Notes: generated by a model from the letters alone, not told the origin. A DNA stretch of 64,000 nucleotides from Anaeromyxobacter sp. (GCA_049840735.1 JASGJN010000006.1:1-64000), one strand, 5' to 3'; positions 10,577-23,832 are shown, numbered from the stretch's first letter. Program-made: numbers and translations.

Positions 10577-10639
10577 CACGAACAATCCGCAACGTCGCGC
10601 CCGGCGCGGCCTGCGCCGCCGGGCGCGCTTCACCGCCCG

Positions 10640-10843
10640 CTACCGGCAGGCCACCAGCGCCGCGGGCGGCGCCCGGCGCGCGGCCAGCTGCTCGGCGGCC
10701 TGCTGCAGCGGGACGAGCTCGCGCGCGACGAGCAGCGCGATGGGGATCCAGACCAGCAGCAGGAGCGCACCGCGCGCCAGCCCGCCGCGAGGGACACCCT
10801 GGAACATCTGGTTCGAATCGAGCACCAGCATCGCGCGCCTCAT
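10640..10843 (-). CDS. Small single-TM protein (67 aa)
   Basis: RBS AAGGGAG, hydrophobic GALLLLVWIPIALLV, candidate ECF promoter upstream. Confidence 0.6.
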   Translation of the reverse strand: MRRAMLVLDSNQMFQGVPRGGLARGALLLLVWIPIALLVARELVPLQQAAEQLAARRAPPAALVACR

Positions 10844-10887
10844 GACTGCTCCCTTTCGCGGGCGGCGTGTCATCCGCCCTGCAGAGA

Positions 10888-10914
10888 GGAGGCGGTGGTG
10901 CGGGGTTCGTGACG
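10888..10914 (-). promoter_or_regulatory. Candidate ECF sigma promoter, copy A
   Basis: Minus strand CGTCACGAACC-N9-CGCCTCC, both blocks and spacing identical to 15424-15450. Confidence 0.6.
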
Positions 10915-10955
10915 GCGGGTGGCCGGCCCGGAGGGAGCCACCCGGCGGCGTGCGC

Positions 10956-11441
10956 TCAGCGACGCAGCACGTGGCCGATCAGGTACTGCTGCTCGAAGGG
11001 GCTCGCGCCGCGCGGCGCGCCACTGCTGCAGCTGGTGAAGGTGCCGCCGCCGTCCAGGCCGGCGTAGGCGCCGGTGCCGGCGCGCACCGACCAGCGGCCG
11101 AAGACGGGCGGCATGGTCCCCGCCTTGCCCCCCGCCTGCAGCCGCAGCGTGAGCGTGCCGCGGGCGCCCTCCAGCACGCGCTCCACCGTGCCGTCACCGG
11201 CGGAGAAGCCGCCCTGATCGCGCACCAGCCCCTGGTCCAGCGTCCCGCTGGCCCCCTCCAGCCGGAAGGTGCCGGTGTACTGCCAGGGCGGGAAGTTCAC
11301 CCGCAGCTCGACCCGCTCGGCGCCCGGCGGCGGGGCCTGCGCTGCGGGCGGGGTGGGGCGCGGCAGGGCCGGGGTGTCGGCCCGCGCCGGCATGGCCACG
11401 GCGCCCAGCAGGACGAGCGCCAGCGCGAGCGCGCGCCTCAT
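10956..11441 (-). CDS. Secreted protein, possible dirigent/allene-oxide-cyclase-like beta-barrel
   Basis: Signal peptide; GTLTL...WSVRAGTGAYAGLDGGG motif; ATGA overlap with the kinase stop codon. Confidence 0.7.
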   Translation of the reverse strand: MRRALALALVLLGAVAMPARADTPALPRPTPPAAQAPPPGAERVELRVNFPPWQYTGTFRLEGASGTLDQGLVRDQGGFSAGDGTVERVLEGARGTLTLRLQAGGKAGTMPPVFGRWSVRAGTGAYAGLDGGGTFTSCSSGAPRGASPFEQQYLIGHVLRR

Positions 11442-14400
11442 CCCTCGCTCCCGCCGCCGGCGCGCAGCCCGGCCGATGCCGGCGGCTCGCCCAGCGGCTG
11501 GGGCGGGGTCCGACCGTGGGCGCGGTGGCACTCGGCCAGCCGCGCCTCGGCCTCGTCCGGCGCCTCGCCCAGCAGCTGCACGCGGTGCGGCACCGGCAGG
11601 CAGGCGCTGGTGAGCCCGCGCACCTGCTCGCGGAGCCGGAGCCAGTCCACGGTGAAGACGCGGGCCGTGCCGTCGGCGGAGGCGGTGGCCAGCTCGGCGC
11701 CGTCCGGGCTGAAGGCGGCGTTGCCCACGCTGGCCTCGTGGCCGCGCAGCACCAGCGGCTCGCCGGAGCCGTCCGCGGCGTAGACGCGGACGGTGCCGTC
11801 GGTGGAGGTGAGGGCCAGCCGCTCGCCGTCCGGGCTGGCCACGGCGGTGAAGAGCCCCTCCGGGACCGCGGGCAGGGCCGGCAGCTCGCGCCGCCCGTCG
11901 GCGCTCAGCACCCGCAGCGCGCCGCCGTCCTCCGCCACCAGCAGCCGGCCGTCGGGCAGCGTGGCGGGGCGGAAGACGGCCCGGTCGCCGCGGATCAGCT
12001 GGGGCGGGTGGCCGTCGAGCGGCCACAGCCGGACGGTGGCGTCGAGCTGCGAGGCGGAGAGGACGGCCCGCCCGTCGGGCGTCCAGGCCACGCCGGTGAG
12101 GCCGCCCTCGTGGCCGGTGAACACCCGCGGCGGCGAGGCGCCGTCGGTCGGCCAGACGCGCACGGTGCGGTCCAGGGCCACGCTGGCCACCTGCCGGCCG
12201 TCGGGGCTGAAGGCCGCCGAGAGGACCGGCCCCTCGTGCCCGGCCAGCTCGCGCACCAGCGCGCCGGTGTGGGCGTCCCAGAGCCGGACCAGGCCGTCCT
12301 CCGAGGCGGTCGCGATGAGCTGCTCGGCGCGGTCCAGGTCGGCGGCGTGGATCACGCGCCCCGGGTCGTGGATCGTCAGCGCCGCGCCGCCGTGCACCGG
12401 CCAGAGGCGGGCGATGCCGTCGTGGCCGGCGGTGAGCAGCCGCTCTCCGTCGCGGGTCCAGCGGACGGTGTCCACCAGCGCCTCGGTGCGAAGCACGCCG
12501 CGATCGCGCGGATCGGCTGCGCTCCAGGCCCGCACCGTACCGTCCTTCCCGCGGGTGAAGACGCGCGCGCCGTCGGCCGAGGCCACCGCCTCGTAGGCGA
12601 GCGGGCCGCGCAGCGCCATGGGGACGCCCAGGCCGTCCGCCGCCCAGAGCCGGGTCACGCCGTCCACGCCGGTGGCCAGCAGGTGGTGCCCGTCCGGGAG
12701 GAAGGCCGCCGAGAGCGCGCCGCCGCCGGCGTTGCGGAGGCGCACGTGCCCGTCCGCCCCGCCCGGCTGGCCCAGGCGGAAGACGTGCACCCCCTCCGGC
12801 GCGGCGGCCACCAGCCGCTCGCCCTCCGGATCGAAGGCCACCGTGGCCAGCGAGGGGCCGGGGTCGCCCAGCTCCTCCAGCCGCGCGCCGTCCGGCCCCA
12901 GCACGCGGGCCACGCCGTCCTCGCTGGCCACCGCCAGGCGGCGGCCATCGCGCGACCAGGCCAGGTGGAACAGGGCGCCGCCGGGCAGGCCCGCGCGGAC
13001 CCGCAGCGCGCCGTCGGCGGCGTCGAAGATGCGCAGGAAGCCGTCGCCGCCGCCGGTGGCCAGGCGGGCGCCGTCCGGCGACCAGGCCAGGGCCAGCACC
13101 GCGCCGTCGTGCAGCAGCGCCCGCGGCGGCCGGCTCCCGTCCAGCGCCACCAGCCAGGCCCGCCCGTCCAGCGCCGCCACCGCGGCCAGCCGGCCGGTGG
13201 GATCGACGCGCAGCGCGATCAGCGGGGCGTCGCCGGCCTCGACGACCAGCGGCGCGCGCCCGTCCAGCGGGAAGCTGCGCACCTGGCCGCGGTGGCCGGC
13301 GGTCACCAGGCGGCGGGCGTCCGGCGTGAAGGCCAGCGCGTCCGTCCGGGCCCCGCCACCGGCCAGCAGCCGGGCGCCGCCGGTGCCGTCCGCCGGCCAG
13401 ATCGTGGCGCCGCCGTCGGCGCTGCCCATCGCCACCCAGCGGCCGTCCGGGCTCACCGCCAGCCCCATCCCGCCGGGCGAGCCCTCCAGCAGGGCGTAGG
13501 GGATGGGCTCCCCGAGCAGCCGCTGCGCCAGCTCCATGGCCCGCGGCGGCGGGTCGTCCGGCAGCTCCGCCACCAGCAGCGCGGCCACCAGCGGATCGGA
13601 GGCGCCGTCGGCGGCCGAGGCCACGCGGCTGGCGCGCAGGGCCTGCTCGGCCTGGGCGCGGGCCCGCAGCGCCAGCGCCGTCGCGCCGGCCGCCGCGACC
13701 AGCAGCAGCGCGGTGGCGGCCACGCCCACCCGGCGCAGCCTGCGGCGCCGCAGCGCCCGCGCCAGCGCGGCGGCGCGTCCGGCGTAGGCGCGCTCCACGG
13801 CCAGCAGCGCGTCCACCACCGCGCCCGCGCCCTGGGGCCGGCCGGCCGGATCCTTCGAGAGCGCGCCGGCCACCAGCGTCGCCAGCTCCGGCGGGACGTC
13901 GTCCAGCGGCAGCGGCGGGGGCGGGCCGGGGTCGAGCGCGGCGCTGTGCCCCTCGCGCACGGGGTAGGGCAGCTCGCCGGAGAGCGCCTGGAAGAGCAGC
14001 ACGCCCAGGCCGAACACGTCGGCGCGGGCGTCGCCCAGCTCGCCCCGGAGCTGCTCCGGCGCCATGTAGGCCGGGGTCCCGCCCGCCAGGCTGGCGCGGT
14101 CGAGCAGGCGCGCCAGGCCGAAGTCGAGGATCTTCACGCCGCCGGCTGCGGTGAGGAAGACGTTGCCCGGCTTGAGGTCGCGGTGCACCACGCCCTCGCC
14201 GTGGGCGTGGGCCAGCCCGCGCGCCACCGCCAGCGCCACCCGCACCGCCTCCTGCGCCGGCAGCGGGCCGCGCCGCAGCCGCTGCTGCAGGGTCTCGCCG
14301 CGCAGCAGCTCGAGGATCAGGTAGGGCGTGCCCTGGTGGATCCCGAAGTCGTGCAGGGTGACGACGTTGGGGTGGTTGAGCCGGGCCGCGGCCTCGGCCT

Positions 14401-14701
14401 CCTCGCGCAGCGGCTTCTCCAGGTCGGCGCGGGCGCGCGAGGCGCGCATGGCCTTGAAGGCCACCAGCCGCCCCAGCTCGCGGTCGCGCGCCTCGAAGAC
14501 CACGCCGAACCCGCCGCGGCCCACCTCGCGCAGGAGCTCGAAGCGCCCCACCACCTGGCCCGGCTCCAGCGGCTGCGGCAGCTCCGCCGGGTCCTGGGCC
14601 GGGGCGCTGGCCAGCGCCAGCAGCAGGTCCGAGAGGGCCTGGCTCTCCCCCTCCAGCTCGGGCGGGAGCGGGGCGCGGCCGGGGGTGTCGTCGCGGGCCA
14701 T
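11438..14701 (-). CDS. Hanks-type Ser/Thr protein kinase with TM helix and WD40 beta-propeller
   Basis: GRGGFG, VAFK, HRDLKPGN, DFGLA, GTPAYMAPE; hydrophobic segment; many GH...FSPDG...DGTVRVW repeats. Confidence 0.95.
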   Translation of the reverse strand: MARDDTPGRAPLPPELEGESQALSDLLLALASAPAQDPAELPQPLEPGQVVGRFELLREVGRGGFGVVFEARDRELGRLVAFKAMRASRARADLEKPLREEAEAAARLNHPNVVTLHDFGIHQGTPYLILELLRGETLQQRLRRGPLPAQEAVRVALAVARGLAHAHGEGVVHRDLKPGNVFLTAAGGVKILDFGLARLLDRASLAGGTPAYMAPEQLRGELGDARADVFGLGVLLFQALSGELPYPVREGHSAALDPGPPPPLPLDDVPPELATLVAGALSKDPAGRPQGAGAVVDALLAVERAYAGRAAALARALRRRRLRRVGVAATALLLVAAAGATALALRARAQAEQALRASRVASAADGASDPLVAALLVAELPDDPPPRAMELAQRLLGEPIPYALLEGSPGGMGLAVSPDGRWVAMGSADGGATIWPADGTGGARLLAGGGARTDALAFTPDARRLVTAGHRGQVRSFPLDGRAPLVVEAGDAPLIALRVDPTGRLAAVAALDGRAWLVALDGSRPPRALLHDGAVLALAWSPDGARLATGGGDGFLRIFDAADGALRVRAGLPGGALFHLAWSRDGRRLAVASEDGVARVLGPDGARLEELGDPGPSLATVAFDPEGERLVAAAPEGVHVFRLGQPGGADGHVRLRNAGGGALSAAFLPDGHHLLATGVDGVTRLWAADGLGVPMALRGPLAYEAVASADGARVFTRGKDGTVRAWSAADPRDRGVLRTEALVDTVRWTRDGERLLTAGHDGIARLWPVHGGAALTIHDPGRVIHAADLDRAEQLIATASEDGLVRLWDAHTGALVRELAGHEGPVLSAAFSPDGRQVASVALDRTVRVWPTDGASPPRVFTGHEGGLTGVAWTPDGRAVLSASQLDATVRLWPLDGHPPQLIRGDRAVFRPATLPDGRLLVAEDGGALRVLSADGRRELPALPAVPEGLFTAVASPDGERLALTSTDGTVRVYAADGSGEPLVLRGHEASVGNAAFSPDGAELATASADGTARVFTVDWLRLREQVRGLTSACLPVPHRVQLLGEAPDEAEARLAECHRAHGRTPPQPLGEPPASAGLRAGGGSEG

Positions 14702-14714
14702 GCGCCGGCCGCCG

Positions 14715-15287
14715 CTACTCCAGCAGCCCCTCCTCGCGCGCCATCCTCGACAGCTTGTCCTTCAGCCGCTCGAACCGCTTGCGGAGCGCCGCCTCGTCCA
14801 CCGCGGCCCCGTCCTCCTCCAGCACCGTCGCCACCTCGCGCCAGGACAGGCCGCGGTCGAGCCGCAGGACCAGCAGCGACTGCTCCTCCGGCGCCAGCCG
14901 CGACCGCAGCCGGTCGATGCCGCGCTGGCGGGCCTCGCGCTTGCCCATCAGCACCGAGGAGCGGACCTCCTCGGCGATGCGCGACAGCTCGGTGGTCTCC
15001 AGCCGGCGCCCCCGGGCGCGGTAGGGATCGCGCAGGTGGCGCACCGCCGCGTGCCAGGCCAGGCGGTAGGCCCAGACCCGCACCGGGCACTCGCCGCGGA
15101 AGCCGGGCAGCCCCTTCCAGAGATCCTCGGTGAACTGCGAGAAGACGTCGGCCGCGTCCGCGTCGTTGCGCAGGATGGAGGCCAGGTAGCCCAGGATCTG
15201 CGGGCCGTGATCGCGGACGATGGCCTCGGCGGCGGCCCGGTGATCACCGGCGGCCAGCAGGGGTCCGGCGCGATCGTCCTCGAGCAT
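14715..15287 (-). CDS. ECF-type RNA polymerase sigma factor
   Basis: DAADVFSQ...LWKGLPGFRGE...RVWAYRLA region 2; LLVLRLDRGLSWREVA region 4; directly upstream of the kinase. Confidence 0.9.
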   Translation of the reverse strand: MLEDDRAGPLLAAGDHRAAAEAIVRDHGPQILGYLASILRNDADAADVFSQFTEDLWKGLPGFRGECPVRVWAYRLAWHAAVRHLRDPYRARGRRLETTELSRIAEEVRSSVLMGKREARQRGIDRLRSRLAPEEQSLLVLRLDRGLSWREVATVLEEDGAAVDEAALRKRFERLKDKLSRMAREEGLLE

Positions 15288-15423
15288 GGATGGCGGCTCC
15301 CCGTGCGCGCGCGACGGGTCGCCGGCGCGGCTGGAGAGGCGACGATAACGGAGCTGCCGCAGGGCGGCAATCGGCCAGGCTGGCAAGCGGTCCTCGATCG
15401 GGCCGGTGCCGGCCCGATCCGAG

Positions 15424-15450
15424 GGAGGCGCCGGGCGGCGGTTCGTGACG
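15424..15450 (-). promoter_or_regulatory. Candidate ECF sigma promoter, copy B (autoregulatory)
   Basis: Minus strand CGTCACGAACC-N9-CGCCTCC upstream of the sigma gene. Confidence 0.6.
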
Positions 15451-15520
15451 CCGGGCGCGAGCGCGGGGGCCGAGGGAGGGCTGCGCGCCCCGGAGCGCCG
15501 GGGCGGCGCGCCCCGCACCC

Positions 15521-15688
15521 TCAATGCGCCAGCTCGTTCACGCGCTCCCGGATGGTCTGGGCCGCCTCCCGGGCCCGGTCCTCCGGCGAGGGGCCCGCGG
15601 CCCGCCGCAGCCACCACGCGGCGGTCGCCCCGGCCGCCAGCGCCAAGAGCACCGCCGCCACCGCCCACCTGCGGACGGCTTCAGTCAT
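15521..15688 (-). CDS. Small membrane-anchored protein (55 aa)
   Basis: MTEAVRRWAVAAVLLALAAGATAAWWL...EAAQTIRERVNELAH*; starts right after the corrected stop of the upstream gene; not in the ORF track. Confidence 0.6.
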   Translation of the reverse strand: MTEAVRRWAVAAVLLALAAGATAAWWLRRAAGPSPEDRAREAAQTIRERVNELAH

Positions 15689-16902
15689 GCTAGACCCCGA
15701 ATCTGCTGGACCGTGTACCCGCGCTCGCGGAGCGCCTGGAGGATCTCCTCGACGTGCTCCGGTCCGCGCGTCTCCAGCGTCAGCTGCAGGGTGGTGTCGC
15801 CGATGCGGCTCGCGAAGGCCCGCGTGTGGTGCACCTCGATCACGTTGGCCCGGTGGTTGGCCACGATCGAGGACACCCGGGCCAGCTGCCCCGGCTTGTC
15901 CATCAGGGCCACGCTGATCCTGGCCAGGCGGCCGTCCTTCACCAGGCCCCGCTCGATGATGCGGGCGATGAGGTTCACGTCGATGTTGCCGCCCGACACC
16001 ACCGCCGCGACCCGGCGGGCGGCCAGCCCGGGGATGCGGTGCTGCATGAGCGCCGCCACGCTCACCGCGCCGGCCCCCTCCGCCACCGTCTTCTCCCGCT
16101 CCAGCAGGTAGAGGATGGCGCTGGCAATCTCCTCCTCCGACACGGTGACCAGGTCGTCCACCCAGGCCTTCACGTGCCCGAGCGTGAGCTCGCCGGCCCG
16201 CTTCACGGCGATGCCGTCGGCCAGGCTGGAGGCCGCGTCCAGCGTCACCGGCCGGCCGGTCTCGACCGCCGCCTTCATGCAGGGCAGCACCTCGGCCTCC
16301 ACGCCGATCACCTTCACCGACGGGAGCTGCGTCTTGATGGCCACCGCCACGCCGGAGACGAGGCCGCCGCCGCCCACCGGGACCACCACCGCCTCCAGGT
16401 CCGGCACCTGCTCCAGCAGCTCCAGCCCCACCGTCCCCTGGCCGGCGATGACGGCCGCGTCGTCGAAGGGGTGGATGAAGGTGAGCCGCTCGGCCTGCTC
16501 CAGCCGGCGGGCCTCGGCGTAGGCGTCGTCGTAACCGCCGCCGTGCAGGATCACCCGCGCGCCGTGGGCCCGCGTGCTCGACACCTTGATGATGGGGGTG
16601 GTCTCCGGCATCACGATGGTGGCCGACACGCCCAGCCGGCCGGCGTGGTAGGCCACGCCCTGCGCGTGGTTGCCGGCGCTGGCGGCGATGAGCCCGCGCT
16701 CGCGCGCCTCGGGCGGCAGCGTGAGGAGCGTGTTGAGGGCGCCGCGCTCCTTGTAGGAGCCGGTCATCTGTAGATTTTCGAGCTTCAGGTACGCGTCGCA
16801 GCCGGTGAGCCGGGAGAGGGTCTCGCTCCGGGCACAGGGGGACAGGTAGATGCGATCGCGGACGCGGCCGAGCGCGGCCTGGACTTCCTCGAGCGTCACC
16901 AT
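15685..16902 (-). CDS. ilvA: Threonine ammonia-lyase with C-terminal ACT domain
   Basis: KLENLQMTGSYKERG, SAGNHAQG, VPVGGGGL, SGGNID, ACT DKPGQL; true end probably 15690 (QQIGV*) after GAATC->GATC. Confidence 0.92.
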   Translation of the reverse strand: MVTLEEVQAALGRVRDRIYLSPCARSETLSRLTGCDAYLKLENLQMTGSYKERGALNTLLTLPPEARERGLIAASAGNHAQGVAYHAGRLGVSATIVMPETTPIIKVSSTRAHGARVILHGGGYDDAYAEARRLEQAERLTFIHPFDDAAVIAGQGTVGLELLEQVPDLEAVVVPVGGGGLVSGVAVAIKTQLPSVKVIGVEAEVLPCMKAAVETGRPVTLDAASSLADGIAVKRAGELTLGHVKAWVDDLVTVSEEEIASAILYLLEREKTVAEGAGAVSVAALMQHRIPGLAARRVAAVVSGGNIDVNLIARIIERGLVKDGRLARISVALMDKPGQLARVSSIVANHRANVIEVHHTRAFASRIGDTTLQLTLETRGPEHVEEILQALRERGYTVQQIRGLA

Positions 16903-17125
16903 GAGGGTCAACTGACCGTAACGCGCGGGCCGGGCGGCCTCAAGGGAACCGCCCGGTCAGCCGCCCGGGTGGTCCCGGCGGCGCCGCCGCACCGGGGGCG
17001 GCTCGCAGCTGGGCGCGGACCTGGCGCGCGGGGAGGGGACGCACGCCGGGGAGGGAGGTGCGGCTCTCGCCGGCGGCAGGCCGAGGGCTCGGCGAGCCGG
17101 CAGGATCCCGGGAGGCGGGAAGCCG

Positions 17126-17650
17126 TCAGTGCTGGACGAGGCGGCGCGCCAGCTCCACGCGGTTCCGCACGCCCAGCTTGTCGAAGATGGTCTTGAGGTG
17201 GCTCTTCACCGTCTGCGAGGCGATGCCCAGCCGCTCGGCGACCTCGCGCGACCGCAGGCCGTCCGCCACCAGCAGCGCGACCTCGCGCTCCCGCTGGGTC
17301 AGGCCGTCGGCGGGCGGCGCGGTGGTCTCGGAGCCGACCTGGGCTGCGTCGGGCAGCGGCTCACGCCACAGGTGAAGCTGCGTGCGCCCCTTCCCGACCG
17401 CGGTCACCTCGATCCGGAGCCGTTCACCCATGCCCTCGAGAACGAGCGTGCGCCGGATGCCCGGCGGCCCGTTCTGGGCGGCGTCGCTGAGGCCCCTCAG
17501 CTCTGCCGGCAGAAGCTGCCCGTCCGACGCGTCGGCGAAGAAGACGCGCATCATCTCCTCCGCCTGGCGGTCACACCGGAGCAGCCCCCCCATTTCGCAG
17601 TGAGCCGCTGCTCCCCTCGGCGCGGGGATGCGAACGTTCGCACGCATCAT
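17126..17650 (-). CDS. LuxR-type HTH transcriptional regulator without a receiver domain
   Basis: LTQREREVALLVADGLRSREVAERLGIASQTVKSHLKTIFDKLGV; RBS GGAGG. Confidence 0.85.
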   Translation of the reverse strand: MMRANVRIPAPRGAAAHCEMGGLLRCDRQAEEMMRVFFADASDGQLLPAELRGLSDAAQNGPPGIRRTLVLEGMGERLRIEVTAVGKGRTQLHLWREPLPDAAQVGSETTAPPADGLTQREREVALLVADGLRSREVAERLGIASQTVKSHLKTIFDKLGVRNRVELARRLVQH

Positions 17651-17757
17651 GGAAGCCTCCCCTGTTTGTCTCCCGGTGTGGAGACAGGACCCACATACTA
17701 CACGGCTGCGCAAGAGAGGGAGAAAGACTCGTACAGAGGGATAACTCTTATGGGGAT

Positions 17758-18018
17758 TCAGTTATGAGGAGTCTCATGATCCTGCGTGGTTGAGCCTTCG
17801 TTCGTCACCCGCCCGGGCGATAGGCCCCGGATGACCCAGGAGACGAAGTCTGCAGGATGGGTGGCGCGCCCCGCCGTCCTCACGAACCGGAAGGCCGGAC
17901 AAAGAGTGAAGTCTCCGCGGCAGAACCGTGCTGCCACGGAGGAGGGGACGGGCGCGGCCACGGCGACGGCGCGGCACCGGGCAGGTTGCGAGGAGCGGCG
18001 GTAGAACGGACAGGGCAT
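17758..18018 (-). CDS. Small cysteine-containing hypothetical protein
   Basis: MPCPFY...C...FCRGDFTLCP, four Cys in a plausible metal-binding arrangement. Confidence 0.45.
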   Translation of the reverse strand: MPCPFYRRSSQPARCRAVAVAAPVPSSVAARFCRGDFTLCPAFRFVRTAGRATHPADFVSWVIRGLSPGRVTNEGSTTQDHETPHN

Positions 18019-18724
18019 GCGCCGTCGCTGAAGCCAGGCATGCGCGCCGGGGCGCGGCCGCCGACAGGGCGGGGCGCCGGCCGGGCGCCGCGCTGCGGCG
18101 AGGCGGACAGTGCGGGCGCGCGGGGCCCCGGGCGGCTACCATCCGCAGCGTGACCACCTCCGTCCGCTCGCTGGCCTTGCTGGTGCTCCTCCCCCTCGCG
18201 TGCGCGCGCTCCGCGCCGGAGCGGGCCCCGGTCGCGCAGCGCGGCGCGCTCCCTGCCGCGGCTGCGCCCTCGGGTCAGCCGGGCGGCGCCGCGGCGGAGG
18301 AGCCGGCCCGGTCGAGCGCGCCGGCGGCGCGCGCGCCAGCCCCGGCCGCGGAGCCCTCCGCGTCGGGCGCCGAGCCGCCGACGCCACCCGCCGTGCCGCC
18401 GAAGGGCTCCTCCCAGGCGGAGGCGCCCAGGGCGGGTCGCGCGCCGTTCCCGGTGTCCATCGAGGGACTCCACGGCGCGTGTCCTGCGGAGGGGTGCGCG
18501 GCGGGGCAGCGCTGCGTGGAGTGGTGCGGCGTGGCCGGCTGCAAGCCGGGGCTGGTGTTCCACACCTGCGAGATCCCCTGCGGCCCGAAAGACGGCGGCT
18601 GTCCGCAGGGGCTCGCCTGCGCCAGGGTGGCCGACGGGCCAGGCCAGGTGTGCCAGACGCTGACCATGGGCCGGGCCGCAGGCGCCGCCGTCGCGCGGCG
18701 TGGAGCGCTGAACGCACGCCCCAC

Positions 18725-18757
18725 CCGCTCCTGGTTCGACAGGCTCACCACGAGCGG
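18725..18757. repeat. Dispersed palindromic element, copy 4 (short variant)
   Basis: CCGCTC-CTGG-TTCGAC-AGGCTCACCAC-GAGCGG, terminal inverted repeat with TTCGAC core. Confidence 0.6.
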
Positions 18758-18792
18758 CGCCGGCGAACCACCGCGGGCGCTGGGAGCGGCGC

Positions 18793-22508
<3,716 letters not shown>

Positions 22509-22615
22509 CGGGCCTGGGGTTCTAGCAGGCGCCCCTGACGTCGGCCACCCGTCGGAACCCTGCGTGGGGTAAGCAGGTTTTGCCTTGACGGGGCGGGTGG
22601 CGGCCGCCTGCGCCG

Positions 22616-23455
22616 CTACGCCGCGATGAGGGCGATGGCGGCCAGGACCGCGGCGATCCCGAGCAGCTGGCGGGCGGTGATCCGCTCGCGCAGCACGACC
22701 GCCGCCAGCAGCACCGTGCTGGCCGGGTACATGGACGAGAGCACCCCGGCCACGTCCAGCCGGCCCACCTTCGCGGCCACCACGAAGAGCGCGTTCCCGG
22801 CGCCGTCGAGCAGGCCGCTGGCCACGATGAGCGGCAGCGCGCGGACCTGGGGCACCCAGGCGCCGCGCCGGAGCAGGGCGGTGGCCAGGATGAGCACGAA
22901 GGAGGTGGCCCGGGCGGCGGCCAGCGGCCAGAAGGTGCCGGAGGCGGAGGCCTGGTGCTGCAGCACCAGGAAGCCGCCGAACCCGCAGCCGGCCACCCAG
23001 GCCAGCAGGAAGCCGCGCGCGTCGCCCCGCGTCTGCTCGCTCCGCGCCAGGACGAAGATGCCGCCCAGCCCGAGCGCGAAGCCGGCCAGCCGCGCCGCCG
23101 GGGGCAGCCCCTGGCTCGCGGCGCCCACCAGCACCGGGATGCCGGCGGAGAGCACCGCCGAGACCGGCGCCACGATCCCCATGCGCCCCACCGCCAGGCC
23201 GCGGTAGAGCGCCGCCAGCCCCACCGCGCCGGAGGCGCCGGCGCCGGCCGCCCAGAGCAGCGCGCCGGCGGGCGGGAACGGCTCGTGCGTGGCGAGGGCC
23301 AGCCCCACCACCATGGCCACGCCGGCGGCCTGCCCCACCGCCAGCACGCCCACCACCGCGGCGCGCCGCGAGGCCAGGCCGCCGCTGAAGTCGCCGGCGC
23401 CCCAGGCGACGGCGGAGAGCAGGCCGAAGACGACGGCGGTGAGGTCGGGCGTCAT
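22616..23455 (-). CDS. EamA/DMT-family transporter
   Basis: About 10 TM helices, AWGAGDFSGG, YRGLAVGRMGIVAP, SSMYPASTVLLA...LRER. Confidence 0.9.
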   Translation of the reverse strand: MTPDLTAVVFGLLSAVAWGAGDFSGGLASRRAAVVGVLAVGQAAGVAMVVGLALATHEPFPPAGALLWAAGAGASGAVGLAALYRGLAVGRMGIVAPVSAVLSAGIPVLVGAASQGLPPAARLAGFALGLGGIFVLARSEQTRGDARGFLLAWVAGCGFGGFLVLQHQASASGTFWPLAAARATSFVLILATALLRRGAWVPQVRALPLIVASGLLDGAGNALFVVAAKVGRLDVAGVLSSMYPASTVLLAAVVLRERITARQLLGIAAVLAAIALIAA

Positions 23456-23832
23456 GGACGGCGCAGTTATAGCCGGACCGGCCCCGCGGCCAACGGTGGT
23501 TTGCGCTCGTCCCTCCGACGACATGGTCGAAGGGGGGACGCGCGGGGTCAGGCGGGCAGGAGATCGGCGAAGACGAACCCCTCGCGCTCCACCGCCTCGC
23601 CGGAGGCGACGGGGATGGGGCGCGTGGACATGGCCCGCAGCCCGCCGGCGATCGATCTCCCGCGCCAGCGCGGGCGTGGGGCGCTCCCAGAGCAGGAAGA
23701 GCGGGGCCACGCCGCGCCCGGACAGCCGGCTCTCCCGGTAGGCGCGCACGTCGGCCAGGAGGCGTGGGCCGCGCACGCCCGGGCGGTCGCTGGTACACTG
23801 CGCCAGTCGCGGCCGCCGCGCCGCCCCTCCCG

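Noticed and set aside
11600..13480. Periodic repeats as a CRISPR or non-coding array
   Set aside because: They are degenerate WD40 coding repeats; no identical repeat-spacer structure was seen anywhere in the window
22520..22605. GGCAAA...ACGCA hairpin upstream of dnaE resembling a c-di-GMP-I (GEMM) riboswitch
   Set aside because: Lacks the GNRA tetraloop and second-stem features, and lies upstream of the likely dnaE -10; probably a plain hairpin
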